From Candidatus Poribacteria bacterium (lineage in GTDB: Bacteria > Poribacteria > WGA-4E > WGA-3G), in contig JAPPES010000140.1 of NCBI GenBank assembly GCA_028824125.1, positions 29,359 to 93,358 of the forward strand: a stretch of DNA of 64,000 bases. The letters run 5' to 3'. Numbering within the stretch: position 1 is the first letter of the stretch; every line of letters starts with the position of its first letter. Below are positions 62,503-64,000 of the stretch, piece by piece. The translations under genes and the position numbers were made by a program. A model generated the notes under the pieces. It ran no database searches, was not told the origin of the DNA, and was given only the letters and a program-made list of their open reading frames with translations.

Positions 62503-64000
62503 TTAAACTGATGACGGACGTTTTTGCATCACAGGAATCACATAACTCCGAATTGTCACACCGTCTACTGTTTCTGTCTCTACCAACGGTTCTGGTTTGT
62601 CGCGATGATCAAATACAACATAGTATCCCTCTGTAGTTCCCTCCAATTCCATATACGCGGCGAGTTGCTTTTTACCCGTTGCATAACGGTTGCTACCCTC
62701 CCAAATCTTGGTTTCTACAATATATTTTCGCTGGTTGTGGATGAGGAGGAGATCCATCCTCCCTCGACCTGTTTGCACCTCAAGATACATATTTCCGCCC
62801 ACACTGTGGACAAACTGTTCAAGATAGGCATAAAGTAGATGTTGTCCTACGTATTCCTGCGGTTTATCTGGCACCTGTAAGATACGAAAACCGACACGAG
62901 CGATGAAATCTTGAAAGTTATCAAGCACGGAAACCATACCAATTTGTCCTTTAGGTGTAAGGTAATCCAAGAAACATTCATCCTTCTCTTCAGAGAGATA
63001 CTCATTCTCCAGCCCATTGAATGTTGGTTTGAAGGTTCTCATAATACGGTAGAGATAAATTGGATTAACTATCTCACACATGCCGTCAGCTGCTTTTTTG
63101 ATAACACCGTAGGTCGCAAGTTCACTGATGATGTCGTCATCAAGGTTGAAGTTCACACCTTCCTCACGCGCCATGATTTTCATCAGCATACTTTCAAAGC
63201 GCGGGTCTCTGCGGACATTCGTTGTTAGATGCTGAATATTAACGTTTTGTCCGCGAAGAAGCTGCGTGTGTGCCGCTGAGAAGTGTATAGGGGTAATGGT
63301 TTCGGTTTTGGGAATATCCATCTCCTCAGTGAGAATCTGCGCGAAACGGTTCACAAGTACAGGTTGCCCCGCGGTCTGCTTATGAATAGATGCTATCACT
63401 TCTGGTGCGAATTCTTGACCTACTTCGTCCGTATACTGCGAAAGCAGGTCTTGCACTTGCTGAAGCGTAAAGTTAGGCAAGCGAAACTCGTCTTGGATAT
63501 TAAACGGTGAAACAGAGCGGTCATAGTTCAGTTGACTAATGCTCTTTACGCCAACGATGCCAACACTGTGTAGACATTGAAGTTCATCAGCGAGATAAAT
63601 GTTACGGAGCGTATACAGAAAATCACTCACGACATCTTGAGGAATGCCATCAAACTCATCAATCAAAAGCACAACCTTCTTATTACCAAGTAGTATTTCT
63701 AATTCTTCAAAGAACGCTAACATTGAAAAATGATCGATCAGCTGTGTATCATTCAAAAATTGCGTTAAGTCCTCGCTCGGTTTCATTTTATTTTTTTGTA
63801 AAACATACTCAATTTGCCTACGAATCAATTGAAAGAGTCTGTCATAAAAAATAGGAGGCGAGCCATTGCGCATCACCTGAAAATCCAACTGAATAGGGAA
63901 ATAGGTTGGGTCTTCTGTGGTAAGGACAGCAAGTGCCATTCGGAAAAAGGTGGTCTTCCCAGTTTGGCGTGGTGCAAAGAGAACGATATACCGTCCATCT
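62503..64000 (-). CDS. AAA-ATPase-like protein with C-terminal PD-(D/E)xK nuclease-like domain; 5' end beyond the window
   Basis: The frame stays open upstream of the ORF-track Met. Codons 63940-63999 read DGRYIVLFAPRQTGKTTFFR, which contains a Walker A motif. A Walker B-like motif is VLLIDEFD. The C-terminus GRGRMDLLLIHNQRKYIVETKIW fits a D...ExK nuclease motif. Confidence 0.75.
   Translation of the reverse strand, partial: DGRYIVLFAPRQTGKTTFFRMALAVLTTEDPTYFPIQLDFQVMRNGSPPIFYDRLFQLIRRQIEYVLQKNKMKPSEDLTQFLNDTQLIDHFSMLAFFEELEILLGNKKVVLLIDEFDGIPQDVVSDFLYTLRNIYLADELQCLHSVGIVGVKSISQLNYDRSVSPFNIQDEFRLPNFTLQQVQDLLSQYTDEVGQEFAPEVIASIHKQTAGQPVLVNRFAQILTEEMDIPKTETITPIHFSAAHTQLLRGQNVNIQHLTTNVRRDPRFESMLMKIMAREEGVNFNLDDDIISELATYGVIKKAADGMCEIVNPIYLYRIMRTFKPTFNGLENEYLSEEKDECFLDYLTPKGQIGMVSVLDNFQDFIARVGFRILQVPDKPQEYVGQHLLYAYLEQFVHSVGGNMYLEVQTGRGRMDLLLIHNQRKYIVETKIWEGSNRYATGKKQLAAYMELEGTTEGYYVVFDHRDKPEPLVETETVDGVTIRSYVIPVMQKRPSSV

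Noticed and set aside
1-64000. tRNA, rRNA, tmRNA or known riboswitch genes; prophage, integrase or transposase genes.
   Set aside because: I found no tRNA-like T-arm/acceptor patterns, rRNA-like stretches or recombinase motifs by eye. Absence cannot be proven without tRNAscan/Infernal/HMM runs.

Overview
The window is a 64-kb bacterial chromosomal segment with about 55 protein genes. I found no rRNA, tRNA, CRISPR array, transposase or integrase by eye. The backbone is housekeeping and heterotroph metabolism:
- Cofactor and energy genes: glutamine-dependent NAD+ synthetase, a Rieske/cytochrome b pair, cysteine desulfurase, and a 2-oxoacid dehydrogenase E1-beta.
- Proteases and envelope genes: an M16 peptidase pair, SppA, and a lytic transglycosylase.
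- Oxidoreductases and small enzymes: three PhyH-family dioxygenases, two Gfo/Idh/MocA oxidoreductases, SDR/epimerases, an aldo/keto reductase, GDPD and HIT.

Defence-type or selfish genes are interspersed with this backbone:
1. At the left edge, a DNA methyltransferase-HNH fusion abuts a TIR-domain gene and an AT-rich tail-anchored orphan (1-3138). This is my best candidate for an undescribed system.
2. A 1601-aa Type ISP restriction-modification enzyme is preceded by a very AT-rich FRG-domain-TPR gene (14993-21250).
3. An orphan alpha-like DNA methyltransferase sits in the cytochrome bc operon.
4. Two single-chain MNT-HEPN fusions and a third MNT fragment are present.
5. An overlapping HNH pair, a Uma2 nuclease and a partial AAA-ATPase/PD-(D/E)xK gene complete the set.

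Nearly every larger intergenic region is filled with a modular set of palindromic MITE/REP-like repeats. One is a roughly 375-bp foldback and one is a nested insertion.

Four perfect TTGACA-17-TATAAT promoters precede lineage-specific envelope or secreted-protein operons, some through long structured leaders. The gene content suggests an uncultivated aquatic heterotroph, but I cannot assign taxonomy without a search. All family calls rest on motif recognition by eye, not on database hits.
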